64,000 nucleotides of DNA from NCBI GenBank assembly GCA_048940925.1, contig JBHLOC010000018.1:8415-72414 (forward strand), in the 5' to 3' direction. This document shows, one piece after another, positions 28,974 through 38,280 of this stretch. A program made the position numbers and the translations under genes. Below the pieces are notes generated by a model. That model worked only from the letters and a program-made list of their open reading frames with translations, searched no databases and was not told the DNA's origin. This stretch comes from Promethearchaeota archaeon (GTDB lineage: Archaea > Asgardarchaeota > Lokiarchaeia > Sigyniarchaeales > SOKP01). The stretch's first letter is position 1. Each line of letters begins with the position of its first letter.

Positions 28974-30254
28974 TTAAGACGTACCCCATTTTTCAATTGC
29001 TCTAGCTAATTCAATATTGTTTTTAGCATATTCTTTTAACTCATAACCTTCTAAAACAGCATTAATTGCTTGTCTAATTGCTTTTGCTCCAGCTTCAGTA
29101 CCATCCGGATGTCCATGACACCCTCCTCCAAATTGAAATACCATATCCTTGCCTAAAATTTCGACTAATTCAGGAATATGCAATGGACTTAAACCTCCCG
29201 AAGCAACCGGTAGAGTGGGTTTGATTGTTCCCCACTCTTGATTAAGAACTGTTTGATTATTGTCTTCAATTTTGGATTTTGTAATTACTTGATTAATTTC
29301 TAATACTTCTTTTTTAGCACCTTCCATTTTTCCTACTACCGTTCCTGTATGTAATTGATCCATACCAATTAATCTCATTAGTTTTGCTAAAGCTAGCATT
29401 GTCACTCCATGCTTTTTATTTCTAGTAAAAGCGGCATGCATTGCTCTGTGAGCATGAAGTACTAGGTCTTTATCATCGAGATATTCTCTAATTTCTTGTA
29501 GGGCTGAAAAACCTATGGTTACTATATCTACCATTACATATTCTCCCCCATTATCAAAAACATAATCTGCTCGTTTTTTCATAGTGCTAAGAGGAGATGT
29601 TATATTCGGCATATAGAATTTCCTTTCTCCTATTTCTGTTTCAATTCTATCACGGATTTTCAATGTTTCTGTAATTCTTGTCTCAAATTTATTAAAAACC
29701 ATACTTGTTAAGTTTTCATCATCTTTAACAATGTCTAGTCCCCCTCTCCAAGCTTCTCCACACACTTTTGCATGCTCGATTTCATTCAATCCTACCTTGG
29801 GCTTTACAATTGTTCCTACAAGTGGACGATCTCTAACTTTGGTCAATTTTCTAATACCTTGAATTCCGAATTTTGGTCCCTTATATGACTTTATAATATT
29901 TTGAGGAAAACTTATATCTAATAATCTCAAATATTTTAGAGCTTTCATTCCAAAAATATTTCCTGCAACAGCACTTAATATTTGAGGTATATTTTCAATT
30001 TCGAAAAGTTCTTGAGTATAAGCAATTTTTACAATATTTTTTTCAGGATTAATATAAAAAACCGCTGGCTTGAGTCTTCTAGCAATATCTGCAGATAAGG
30101 TAGCAATCTCTGTCCACGTTCCTATTGAGCTTTCTTTCGCAATTTCTTCACACGCTTGTTCAATATTTTTACAATCTGGTGCTTTTTCTACATAATACAT
30201 TGCAATGAGATCATTCTCATTTGGTTTATAGCTTAAATTTATATAGTCTACCAA
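28974..30254 (-). CDS. rbcL: Form III RuBisCO large subunit
   Basis: ESSIGTW, GTIVKPKVGL, KDDEN carbamylation motif, HAHRAMH, GKMEG, SGG, GGGCHGHP. Confidence 0.95.
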   Translation of the reverse strand: MVDYINLSYKPNENDLIAMYYVEKAPDCKNIEQACEEIAKESSIGTWTEIATLSADIARRLKPAVFYINPEKNIVKIAYTQELFEIENIPQILSAVAGNIFGMKALKYLRLLDISFPQNIIKSYKGPKFGIQGIRKLTKVRDRPLVGTIVKPKVGLNEIEHAKVCGEAWRGGLDIVKDDENLTSMVFNKFETRITETLKIRDRIETEIGERKFYMPNITSPLSTMKKRADYVFDNGGEYVMVDIVTIGFSALQEIREYLDDKDLVLHAHRAMHAAFTRNKKHGVTMLALAKLMRLIGMDQLHTGTVVGKMEGAKKEVLEINQVITKSKIEDNNQTVLNQEWGTIKPTLPVASGGLSPLHIPELVEILGKDMVFQFGGGCHGHPDGTEAGAKAIRQAINAVLEGYELKEYAKNNIELARAIEKWGTS

Positions 30255-30387
30255 TTAGTTTCACCAAACTTGATTTTATTTGCAACATAAATAAATGTAT
30301 AAATATTTCTCAATAAGAAATGAGTTATAATTATAAAATCATAAAAAATTAATAATATTTTTAATTATCTTACAGAGTGAAGAATCT

Positions 30388-30699
30388 ATGAGTGAAGAAA
30401 AAAGCAAGATTATGACTATAAACGTTAAAGATCTTAGTTTTAAAAGTGAACAGTATGTTCTTGATTTGATAAGATTCTTATCAGAGGCACTACCTCAAAT
30501 AAATCTTGATCGTGAAGCGAATGATATTAGTGTTGAAATGCCAATTGAATTATCTAAGAGAGCTTTAAAATTAAGAATTAAGAAATTTTTGTATAAAAAA
30601 GGTTTAAACAAAGATTTTAGACCCATTTCACATAAATCAATAGATTCAGAAGGATATATTGTAAAAGAAAAGAAAATAGCAGAATTAAGTTATTATTAA
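30388..30699 (+). CDS. Ribosomal protein eL22 (L22e)-like
   Basis: LSKRALKLRIKKFLYKKGL resembles the eukaryotic L22e segment FSKRYLKYLTKKYLKK; size fits. Confidence 0.7.
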   Translation: MSEEKSKIMTINVKDLSFKSEQYVLDLIRFLSEALPQINLDREANDISVEMPIELSKRALKLRIKKFLYKKGLNKDFRPISHKSIDSEGYIVKEKKIAELSYY

Positions 30700-30749
30700 A
30701 CCTTATTCTCTTTAATTATAATTATATAGTTAAAAACCTATACTTAGTT

Positions 30750-31724
30750 GTGTCTTTGAATATTATAAATCTCAATTTATCAATCAATTCTATTGATGAC
30801 TTGATAAGATGTGTTAATTTAGCAAGTCTCTTAGAATTATCAGGGTGGCCAAAACCTGGAAATGTACATCGCACTAAAAATTTTGAACGTACTAAATATG
30901 AACATTTTTTGGCAGGAATTACCGCTATTCAACCAAATTTTGGAGATTTTTGTAAAAGAATCTTCCAATATTCATTTGAAAATAAAAAAGATTTTAAAGA
31001 AATAAAAATGGGTCTCTTCTTTAAAAAAGCTGCACATGAAATGATGAGATGGCAAAGCGGAGGAAATGTATTATTAGGACATATTTTGATATTAAGTCCC
31101 CTTGTAGCTGCTGCTACAATTTGCTTAAAAAAAGGGAAAACTAACTTTTCAGATTTTAAATTCTATTTAACTAAAATTGTTGAAGAAGCTACTGTTGATG
31201 ATACAATTTATTTATATAAGACAATAAAGCAATGCAACCCTGGAGGATTAGGGAAGATTGATAAATATGATATTTATGATGAAAATGCATTAAGGGATAT
31301 AAGATCAGATAAAATTAAATTAAAAAGAATTTTTGAATTATCCAAAGATTATGATTTAATTAGTTTAGAGTATTCTACTAGTTTTAAGATAATTCTAAGT
31401 GAAGGTCTTCCATATTTTTTAGAAGTATACAATAATTTTGGGGATCTAAATATAGCAATCGTAAATACATTTTTAAAGATACTTTCAGTACATCCAGATA
31501 CCCTTATAATTAGAAAATCAGGATTAGATGCTGCCTTATATGTTTCAAAATCAGCATCAGAAATTTTGGAATTCGGAGGAATTTCTTCAGAAAAAGGTTT
31601 TAAACTGTCTTACCAATTAGATAAAGAATTACAAGAAAAAAAAGGGAAAATGAATCCAGGAACTACTGCTGATCTTCTTGCAGGAATAATATTATGTGCT
31701 CTGCTTTTTGGTTTAAGATTTTAA
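30750..31724 (+). CDS. citG: Triphosphoribosyl-dephospho-CoA synthase (CitG) family protein
   Basis: E..PKPGNVH, DTLI, NPGTTADL. Confidence 0.85.
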   Translation: MSLNIINLNLSINSIDDLIRCVNLASLLELSGWPKPGNVHRTKNFERTKYEHFLAGITAIQPNFGDFCKRIFQYSFENKKDFKEIKMGLFFKKAAHEMMRWQSGGNVLLGHILILSPLVAAATICLKKGKTNFSDFKFYLTKIVEEATVDDTIYLYKTIKQCNPGGLGKIDKYDIYDENALRDIRSDKIKLKRIFELSKDYDLISLEYSTSFKIILSEGLPYFLEVYNNFGDLNIAIVNTFLKILSVHPDTLIIRKSGLDAALYVSKSASEILEFGGISSEKGFKLSYQLDKELQEKKGKMNPGTTADLLAGIILCALLFGLRF

Positions 31725-31798
31725 ATTCCAAAAAATTATTTGGTAGAATTAATTATTTTTATTTAGTTTAAACTCAACACATATAGGATTAGAACTTT

Positions 31799-32149
31799 AT
31801 GGAATTCTGTGATGAATGTGGCAGTATGATGCTCCCTTCTAAGATAAATGGTAAAAAAGTATTTAAGTGTAAATGTGGTGCAATAAAAGATTTTTCTGAG
31901 GAAAAATCAGGATCTTACAAATTGACTACTAAGATTGAGCACTCTATCAGAAATGAGGTCACAAACTTAGCTGAAGTATTAGATTGGAAAGAAGAAAACT
32001 TACGGAGTACAATTAAGAACTTTAAATGTCCTCGGTGTGGGTATGACAAGGCACATCTAGAAACACGCCAAACAAGAAGTGCGGATGAAGGAATGACCCA
32101 TTTTATTGTGTGTCTAAAATGTGGTCGTCATATAAAAATAAGAAGTTAA
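31799..32149 (+). CDS. tfs: Transcription factor S (RpoM/TFIIS-like)
   Basis: FCDECGSMM, CPRCG, QTRSADEG, CLKCG. Confidence 0.9.
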   Translation: MEFCDECGSMMLPSKINGKKVFKCKCGAIKDFSEEKSGSYKLTTKIEHSIRNEVTNLAEVLDWKEENLRSTIKNFKCPRCGYDKAHLETRQTRSADEGMTHFIVCLKCGRHIKIRS

Positions 32150-32161
32150 AACAAGAATTTA

Positions 32162-32458
32162 TTAATCAAAAAGCATTTTTAGCAACTCTATTTTATCCAT
32201 ATCGATTAGTAAATCAATTTGTATAATCTTATTAGAATTTCTTATACCCGCGATAATTTTTATTTGTTTTGAAGAGATATCAAGCTTTTTTTTCAAAAAG
32301 TGTATTAATTCTTTATTCGCTTTATTTTGAACAGGTTTTGAACGAAGAAAAATTGTTAAATATTCATTATTATCAACTAGACGTTGATTTTTTGAATTTG
32401 GTCTAATATTCAATTTTAGTATAAAAGTCTTATCTGATTTCTTTATAAGAAATGAAAT
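32162..32458 (-). CDS. DUF167/UPF0235 family protein
   Basis: IRPNSK...KPVQNKANKELIHFL...IIAG..NSNK. The frame extends upstream to an ATT at 32458, 7 nt after GAGGA; the start is inferred. Confidence 0.8.
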   Translation of the reverse strand: MSFLIKKSDKTFILKLNIRPNSKNQRLVDNNEYLTIFLRSKPVQNKANKELIHFLKKKLDISSKQIKIIAGIRNSNKIIQIDLLIDMDKIELLKMLFD

Positions 32459-32478
32459 TGTAAATTCCTCATATGTTT

Positions 32479-33867
32479 TTATATTAAATCGTCTATACTA
32501 GTTTTCAATCTAATATAAGAAGGTTTTGACAATCGAATACCACCCGCTAATTTGTGTCCCCCACCTAATCCTCCTAATTCATTTTTTATTTTAGAGATAA
32601 TTTTATTTACACCATTCTCTGAATTATTTTCAAGGAATTTTCTTGAGCATCTGATACTTAGCTTAATTGTCCCTGATTTCTTTTCAAGACCACCTAATAA
32701 TAAAATTTTATCAGAATCAAAAAGCCCATTTACAGTACTAAAACTTGCTGTATCCGACCAGTTACTTGGTGGAATTTTCCCTTTCACTTCTACAAAAATT
32801 GCTTTCTCTGTTTCATAGCGAGGTAATTCATTAGCAATAATTTTCAAATTCTCTGAGAGATGTTCAATATATTCAGAATAAATAGTTTTTGCATAACGTG
32901 TTATGTTCCTCAACTGTATAATCGAAATAGCCGCACTGATATTTTTGAAGCATAAAATATTTAATAAAAGTGCATGTTCAAAAGCAAAGTTTAATAAGCC
33001 TGATTTATACGGGATAAGCGCATAATGACCAGTATTGTTCATATTTAATTCTTTTTGAATTTTATAAATTTCATTCTTGTTTAATTCAATAACTTTTTTT
33101 TTTGGATTTATTTGTAGATTATTTAAAAATATATTAATTTTTTGATCTGATTCTCCACCTAATCCCTCAATAAATGGTAAAATACTGTATTTTAGACCAT
33201 TTTTTATAGAATTGTACATACTTCCAAAAAGAATAAGTCCATCTTTGTCTTCAATGAGCTCTTCATCTATCAATTCTTGATATACCTCACGATTATATGA
33301 TTTAAGTTTATCCATCGATTTTAAAGAATCTCCAGCAATACCTATAACTGCTAACCATCCTTGCTTTATTATTTTTGGAGTTACTTCTTTAGCAAACATA
33401 TATGCTAAAGTGGCTCCTGCTATATGTTCAAGTCCATCGTACCCATGCATAGTGGGGTTGACGAAAAATAAATTTTCAGGGAATTTAAAAATTTTAAAAT
33501 CATCATCTACTTCATGGTGATCGAGAATAAAAAAAGTCTCTTTTCTGTTTCTTATTATTGGTATTAGTTCTGAGAGATTAGATCCCACATCAGTAAAAAA
33601 AAAGGCAGTTTTAGGATTCTGTCTGCTAGATAAAATACCTTTTAAATAATTTGCCCAAGAAACAGATCTATTATAAATAAAATAATCATAATTTAAATTT
33701 AACTTATATAATAAATTTTGGATTATATGAAGGCTACTAATTCCATCAGCATCATTATGGGATATAGTGATAACTTTTGAATAATCTCCATCTATAAAAT
33801 GATCTACAGCGTTACCAAAATCTTCCATAAATTTTGATTTATCTGGCTTTTTGACCATTTTAATCAT
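32479..33867 (-). CDS. DHH/DHHA1 phosphoesterase (archaeal RecJ-like)
   Basis: HNDADG, TDVG, ILDHH, GD, SIR, GGGHKLAGG. Confidence 0.85.
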   Translation of the reverse strand: MIKMVKKPDKSKFMEDFGNAVDHFIDGDYSKVITISHNDADGISSLHIIQNLLYKLNLNYDYFIYNRSVSWANYLKGILSSRQNPKTAFFFTDVGSNLSELIPIIRNRKETFFILDHHEVDDDFKIFKFPENLFFVNPTMHGYDGLEHIAGATLAYMFAKEVTPKIIKQGWLAVIGIAGDSLKSMDKLKSYNREVYQELIDEELIEDKDGLILFGSMYNSIKNGLKYSILPFIEGLGGESDQKINIFLNNLQINPKKKVIELNKNEIYKIQKELNMNNTGHYALIPYKSGLLNFAFEHALLLNILCFKNISAAISIIQLRNITRYAKTIYSEYIEHLSENLKIIANELPRYETEKAIFVEVKGKIPPSNWSDTASFSTVNGLFDSDKILLLGGLEKKSGTIKLSIRCSRKFLENNSENGVNKIISKIKNELGGLGGGHKLAGGIRLSKPSYIRLKTSIDDLI

Positions 33868-34156
33868 TTTAAACCTAAATTTAATAATCTATAATGTGTT
33901 CATTTTGTTAAATTGATCTAAATAAACTATAGTCAATTTAAAATTAGTAAAGCGCCAAAACTTCAAATTTAATTATACTAGATATACTTTTTTTCATTAA
34001 AAATCTTATAAATTCCAAATAAATTTAATGGTTATAAATATTCCGATTTGTTTAGAGATTATAAGCGAAAAGTTGATAAAAATTAAAATCTGTAGAAAAA
34101 TTATTTAAATTTAGTTAATTTTTTGTTGTAAATATCTTTGAACCAAACAACTAAAT

Positions 34157-35872
34157 ATGATTATTAATAATCAATCAAGAAAGATAAAATGGATAAGTAT
34201 TTTTGCTGTAATTTTCATAATATTTGCTATTTGCCTTCCAGGAGCATTAAAATATGGGAACAGCAAATCTAACTCTGTTTTTAATCCAAATGATTCTATT
34301 AGAGATTCTAACAATACAAATTATTTTTCAAAGGAAAATTATAGTGAAATTCTTTCAACTGAAAAACATGGTTTAGGAAATATAACTATAACTGACTTGA
34401 TTTTTAATAGATTAGAATTAGGTATCTGTAGCAATAATGATACCTATCCTCTTCTTGCCAAAGATTTTAATTCTACTGCGATAAATATGACTATTGAAGG
34501 TTTTAAATTTATAAAAGTTGTCACACCAGCTAGGAATGACAATCTTGATGATTCTTTCCCCAATAAAAATAATATTACTGTACTTTTGAATGAATCTCTT
34601 TACTTTAAGTATAATAATTCAAAAACAGGCTATTTAATTTATCTTTCTCGTTTAGCAAAAACTCGTCTTATTGATTTCTATATACAGAATGGAACAAATA
34701 AAGTGAAACTTGAAGAAAAAACAGATTATCATTTTGATAAACATAATTTTATTGTATTTCACTATAAGGATTTTTTCCGCGAAGATCCAACATTTAATTT
34801 TTCTGGCAAGATTTTTAATTTTTCAATGTATCTTATATGGGAATGGGATATATTTATAGAAAATTGGGATCTAGTCCAAACTAATGATCTAATGGTAGGA
34901 AAAGCATTAGAAAATTACTCAGTTGATTATACATACAGTTTCAATTTAGTAGGAAAAAAGCATAACCAAAGCAATTTAGCTCCTTTTATTGATACAGATA
35001 ATTTGTATGGTGCCTTGAGGATTGATTTATTTGATAAAGAGCTATTAAATGACCACATTTTAGAATTAAATAATGAGATAGTGGATATTAACACTCATTT
35101 AAATCCAAATAAAACTATAAATGTTTTACCATCTGATTTTTTTTTATTGAATTCTAGCAGTTTTAGATTAAATTTTACTACAATATTCACCTTGAGATTT
35201 GTGGATCCTGTTGGAAGATTTTGGTCTATCGATAGACTTGTAGCAAAGCGGGATGTACGAGAAAGGATTTATTTTCCTTCCTTAATTGCAGGACCAAAGC
35301 ATTTTTATCTAAAATCTTTAACTTTTTATGAGCCTAGTATTCTTTTTGAAAATATGATTAGTGCTTATCCATTGTTCGAAAGAGAGATGGATTATTATTA
35401 TATAAATACATCTATACCGGGAGAAACGAAGTTGATGGTGAATATGCCTTTTCTGATTTTTGGAGAAACATGCCCTTTTAGCCTTAAGTATAATACTTCA
35501 ACAACTTTGAAAATTATTATTACCGATACCATCCGTATGCCCTTAATAGGAGCAAAAGTTGAACTTTTTTATAATGGAGTAGAATATGGAACATACATTT
35601 CAAATAATGAAGATCAACCAATACCGCTTGGAAACACAAATGAGAATGGTGAAATCATTCTAAATAACGTTATTATTGGAAATTACACTGTGAGAGTGTA
35701 TTACAGAAATTCATTTATTAAGGAAGCCTCAGTCAATACTTACAAGGCAAGTAATTATGTGCGCACTAACATACTCCATTTTCCTGTCTGGATAGTGGTT
35801 TTTGGAGCCTTAAGTGGGACTTTTATAGCTATAGGTATGATATATTATCTAAAAAATAAAAAATTACGATAA
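34157..35872 (+). CDS. Cell-surface protein with N- and C-terminal TM segments
   Basis: Hydrophobic termini, many N-x-S/T sequons, TNENG prealbumin-like beta domain near the C-terminus. Confidence 0.7.
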   Translation: MIINNQSRKIKWISIFAVIFIIFAICLPGALKYGNSKSNSVFNPNDSIRDSNNTNYFSKENYSEILSTEKHGLGNITITDLIFNRLELGICSNNDTYPLLAKDFNSTAINMTIEGFKFIKVVTPARNDNLDDSFPNKNNITVLLNESLYFKYNNSKTGYLIYLSRLAKTRLIDFYIQNGTNKVKLEEKTDYHFDKHNFIVFHYKDFFREDPTFNFSGKIFNFSMYLIWEWDIFIENWDLVQTNDLMVGKALENYSVDYTYSFNLVGKKHNQSNLAPFIDTDNLYGALRIDLFDKELLNDHILELNNEIVDINTHLNPNKTINVLPSDFFLLNSSSFRLNFTTIFTLRFVDPVGRFWSIDRLVAKRDVRERIYFPSLIAGPKHFYLKSLTFYEPSILFENMISAYPLFEREMDYYYINTSIPGETKLMVNMPFLIFGETCPFSLKYNTSTTLKIIITDTIRMPLIGAKVELFYNGVEYGTYISNNEDQPIPLGNTNENGEIILNNVIIGNYTVRVYYRNSFIKEASVNTYKASNYVRTNILHFPVWIVVFGALSGTFIAIGMIYYLKNKKLR

Positions 35873-35878
35873 ATTACT

Positions 35879-36205
35879 TTGATTGTTATTTTCTGTGATA
35901 ATATAGAAGATTTTATTTTATTTTTAAAGAAACGAATAATGGATGAGATCTTTTATGAATTCAAAGAAATTACAAGTGATTCATTGTCAATTAAAGGAAC
36001 TATTGAAATTGTGCTTCATTTTTTAGCTAAAATTGAAGAAATTATTGTACTTTATGAGACTAAGCAAATAATAGTGAAATCTAGTGATTCTAATATTGAT
36101 AAACAAGTAATTAACGCTTTAAAAAATATTTTTCAAGGAGTTGATGCCTCATTATCACTTGTAAAGGGAAAAATAAGAGAGATATTCCTAAGCTATTCTT
36201 CATAA
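35879..36205 (+). CDS. Hypothetical protein
   Basis: 108-aa ORF directly downstream of the previous gene. Confidence 0.65.
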   Translation: MIVIFCDNIEDFILFLKKRIMDEIFYEFKEITSDSLSIKGTIEIVLHFLAKIEEIIVLYETKQIIVKSSDSNIDKQVINALKNIFQGVDASLSLVKGKIREIFLSYSS

Positions 36206-36244
36206 ATTTGAGGTAAAATAAGAGGAATATTTAATATTTTCATT

Positions 36245-37834
36245 TTATTTATGGTTGATTTGTTCCCCATATCCTATTAGTCGATAACGCCTATTAATTA
36301 TACGAGAAATAGCATATATGAAATCTTCAGGGGGACAAATAGGAGGTGTAAGTTTTATAATAACACTATTTTTTAAAATTTTCGTAACAGTCCCACCTGT
36401 TTTTTCCGTTCCTACTACAAGTAATAATTTCTCTCCATGTTTGAGAGGTTGAACTTTCATTTGAACTTCAGATCCAATAACTCTATCTAAAAGATTTACA
36501 TTCAGCTCAACTTCGCTAAGAATTTTAGGTAATGTTCCTATTTTTCCAACTAAATGGCCAATTAGATGATCTCCTTTTGTTAACGCGGGATCTAATTTTG
36601 TACCTAACCCTATGAGACCTCCAGGTTTAGCATTTTCCAAAGGATTATTTCCTTGGCTTATACTTACAACCGTAGATTTTAATGGTACATACTGATCTTT
36701 AACTCGTATCCCCGGGCTAATTTCGATTTGGTCTCCAACTATTATTTTTCCTTTTAAAACAGAGCCCCCTATTACACCACCTTTTAAATCCTTAATTTCT
36801 TTACCTGGACGATTGATATCAAAGGATCTCGCAATTAAAAATTGAAATGACTCCTCCTCTTTAAATTTTGGAGTAGGAATAACCTCTTCAAAAGCTCTTA
36901 TTACAAGATTTATATTCGCCCCAAAAACTGCCGATAAGGGTATAATTGGAGCATTTTCAGCAACAGTTCCTTTTATAAATTCTTTTATTTGTTGAAAGTT
37001 CTCTAAGGCTTGTTCTCGAGAAACAGCATCAATTTTATTTTGTAATATAATAATATTTTTTATGCCCGCAATATTTAAAGCCGCTAAGTGTTCCCGTGTT
37101 TGAGGTTGAGGGCATTGCTCATCAGCTGCAATTAAAAGGCAAGCCCCATTCATTAATGATGCACCACTTAACATAGTTGCCATTAATATCTCATGACCAG
37201 GCGCATCAACAAATGAGATATTTCTTCTAAATTCTAGATTTCCTTTACATTTTGGGCAAGAGAATCGAGCTTGTCCTTTTTCTCTATCTTTTTCTGCAAG
37301 ATAAGCCGTTGTATATTCATTACATTCGGAACAATAAAGAATTGAGGCATTAGAATACCCTAACTTTATTGAAATTCCTCTTTCTTGCTCTTCTGAGTGG
37401 CGATCAGTCCAATCTCCAGTTAGGGCTTTTACTAGGGTTGTCTATATGTTTCATGAAGGATTCCTTCAAAAAATTCCATGATCAACATGCCCTACAAGCC
37501 CTATATTACATTCTGCTTGTTGTTTGATTAATTCTTTTATCTTCTTAGCTTTCTCTTTCGAAACTGGCTTTGCTTTAGGTTTAGATATCGTTTCTTCTTT
37601 AATTATTTCTTTCACTTCATCAGATTGTTCTATTTTTTGACTTTTCTTTAGAATTTTTTTAGCATTTGTAATATACTTCTCTGCTGTTGCTTTTCCAACA
37701 CCTTTTATTTTTAGCTTTAATAAATCCTTGGGTTCAGCATTTGCAAGTTTTTCAACAGAATCAATATTAGCAGCCTTTAATCTTTCTGCTGTTGCTTTTC
37801 CAATTCCACTTACATCTTCCAATTTATATGACAT
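36245..37834 (-). CDS. eif2g: Translation initiation factor 2 gamma subunit with N-terminal HhH domain; join(37474..37834, 36245..37443), 519 aa after removing a 30-nt insert
   Basis: Exon 1 ends NIGLVGHVDHG. Exon 2 continues in the same frame TTLVKALTGDWTDRHSEEQERGISIKLGY, CxxC/CxxC knuckle, FVDAPGHEILMATMLSGA, PQPQTREH, QNKID, RSFDINRPG, RLIGYG. Confidence 0.95.
37444..37473 (-). other. Candidate bulge-helix-bulge intron in aIF2-gamma mRNA (30 nt)
   Basis: Removing UUUUUUGAAGGAAUCCUUCAUGAAACAUAU restores AAG (Lys of GHVDHGKTT); both junctions fall after nt 2 of 3-nt bulges flanking a 4-bp helix. Confidence 0.8.
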
Positions 37835-37963
37835 TATAGTTTTATTTTATATTATTTAGGTCCTATATATCTAGTTTCCTAAGAACAATTAAGCTAGTAT
37901 TTTTTATTAAATTATTCAATATATTGACTACTTTAAAAAGAATTAACTTTAAGATCAATTAAA

Positions 37964-38188
37964 TTATTTTGTTTTAATTGTTTTAATCCCACCAGGTTTT
38001 TTTTCCATCTCTTTATAGGACACTCTTAAAAGGCTATCTACATAAAAAGTCGATAGTTTTTTACAGTGATTACACATAATATAGACAGGTGCTGGATATT
38101 GAGTAGGATCTATATCATCCATCTCAATCTTAAATGTAATTTTAGCTTCACAGTGTGGACAAAAATTAAATCGGAGAGGCATATTCAT
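37964..38188 (-). CDS. Small zinc-ribbon protein
   Basis: CPHC...CNHC. Confidence 0.7.
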   Translation of the reverse strand: MNMPLRFNFCPHCEAKITFKIEMDDIDPTQYPAPVYIMCNHCKKLSTFYVDSLLRVSYKEMEKKPGGIKTIKTK

Positions 38189-38280
38189 TTAATTTAATTT
38201 TATAATAAATAGATTCTTATTTCTATTATATTTATTTTAATATAAAATTAATAGTAAAAATTACCTGTTACTGATTCTAA

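Noticed and set aside
37444-37473. Sec/Pyl readthrough, frameshift, intein or spliceosomal-type intron as explanations of the aIF2-gamma break
   Set aside because: Readthrough of three stops would insert 10 residues into the P-loop and lose the catalytic Lys. Both exons are in the same frame. The insert has stops and is too short for an intein. Using the terminal AG as an acceptor cannot restore Lys, and there is no GT donor at the junction.
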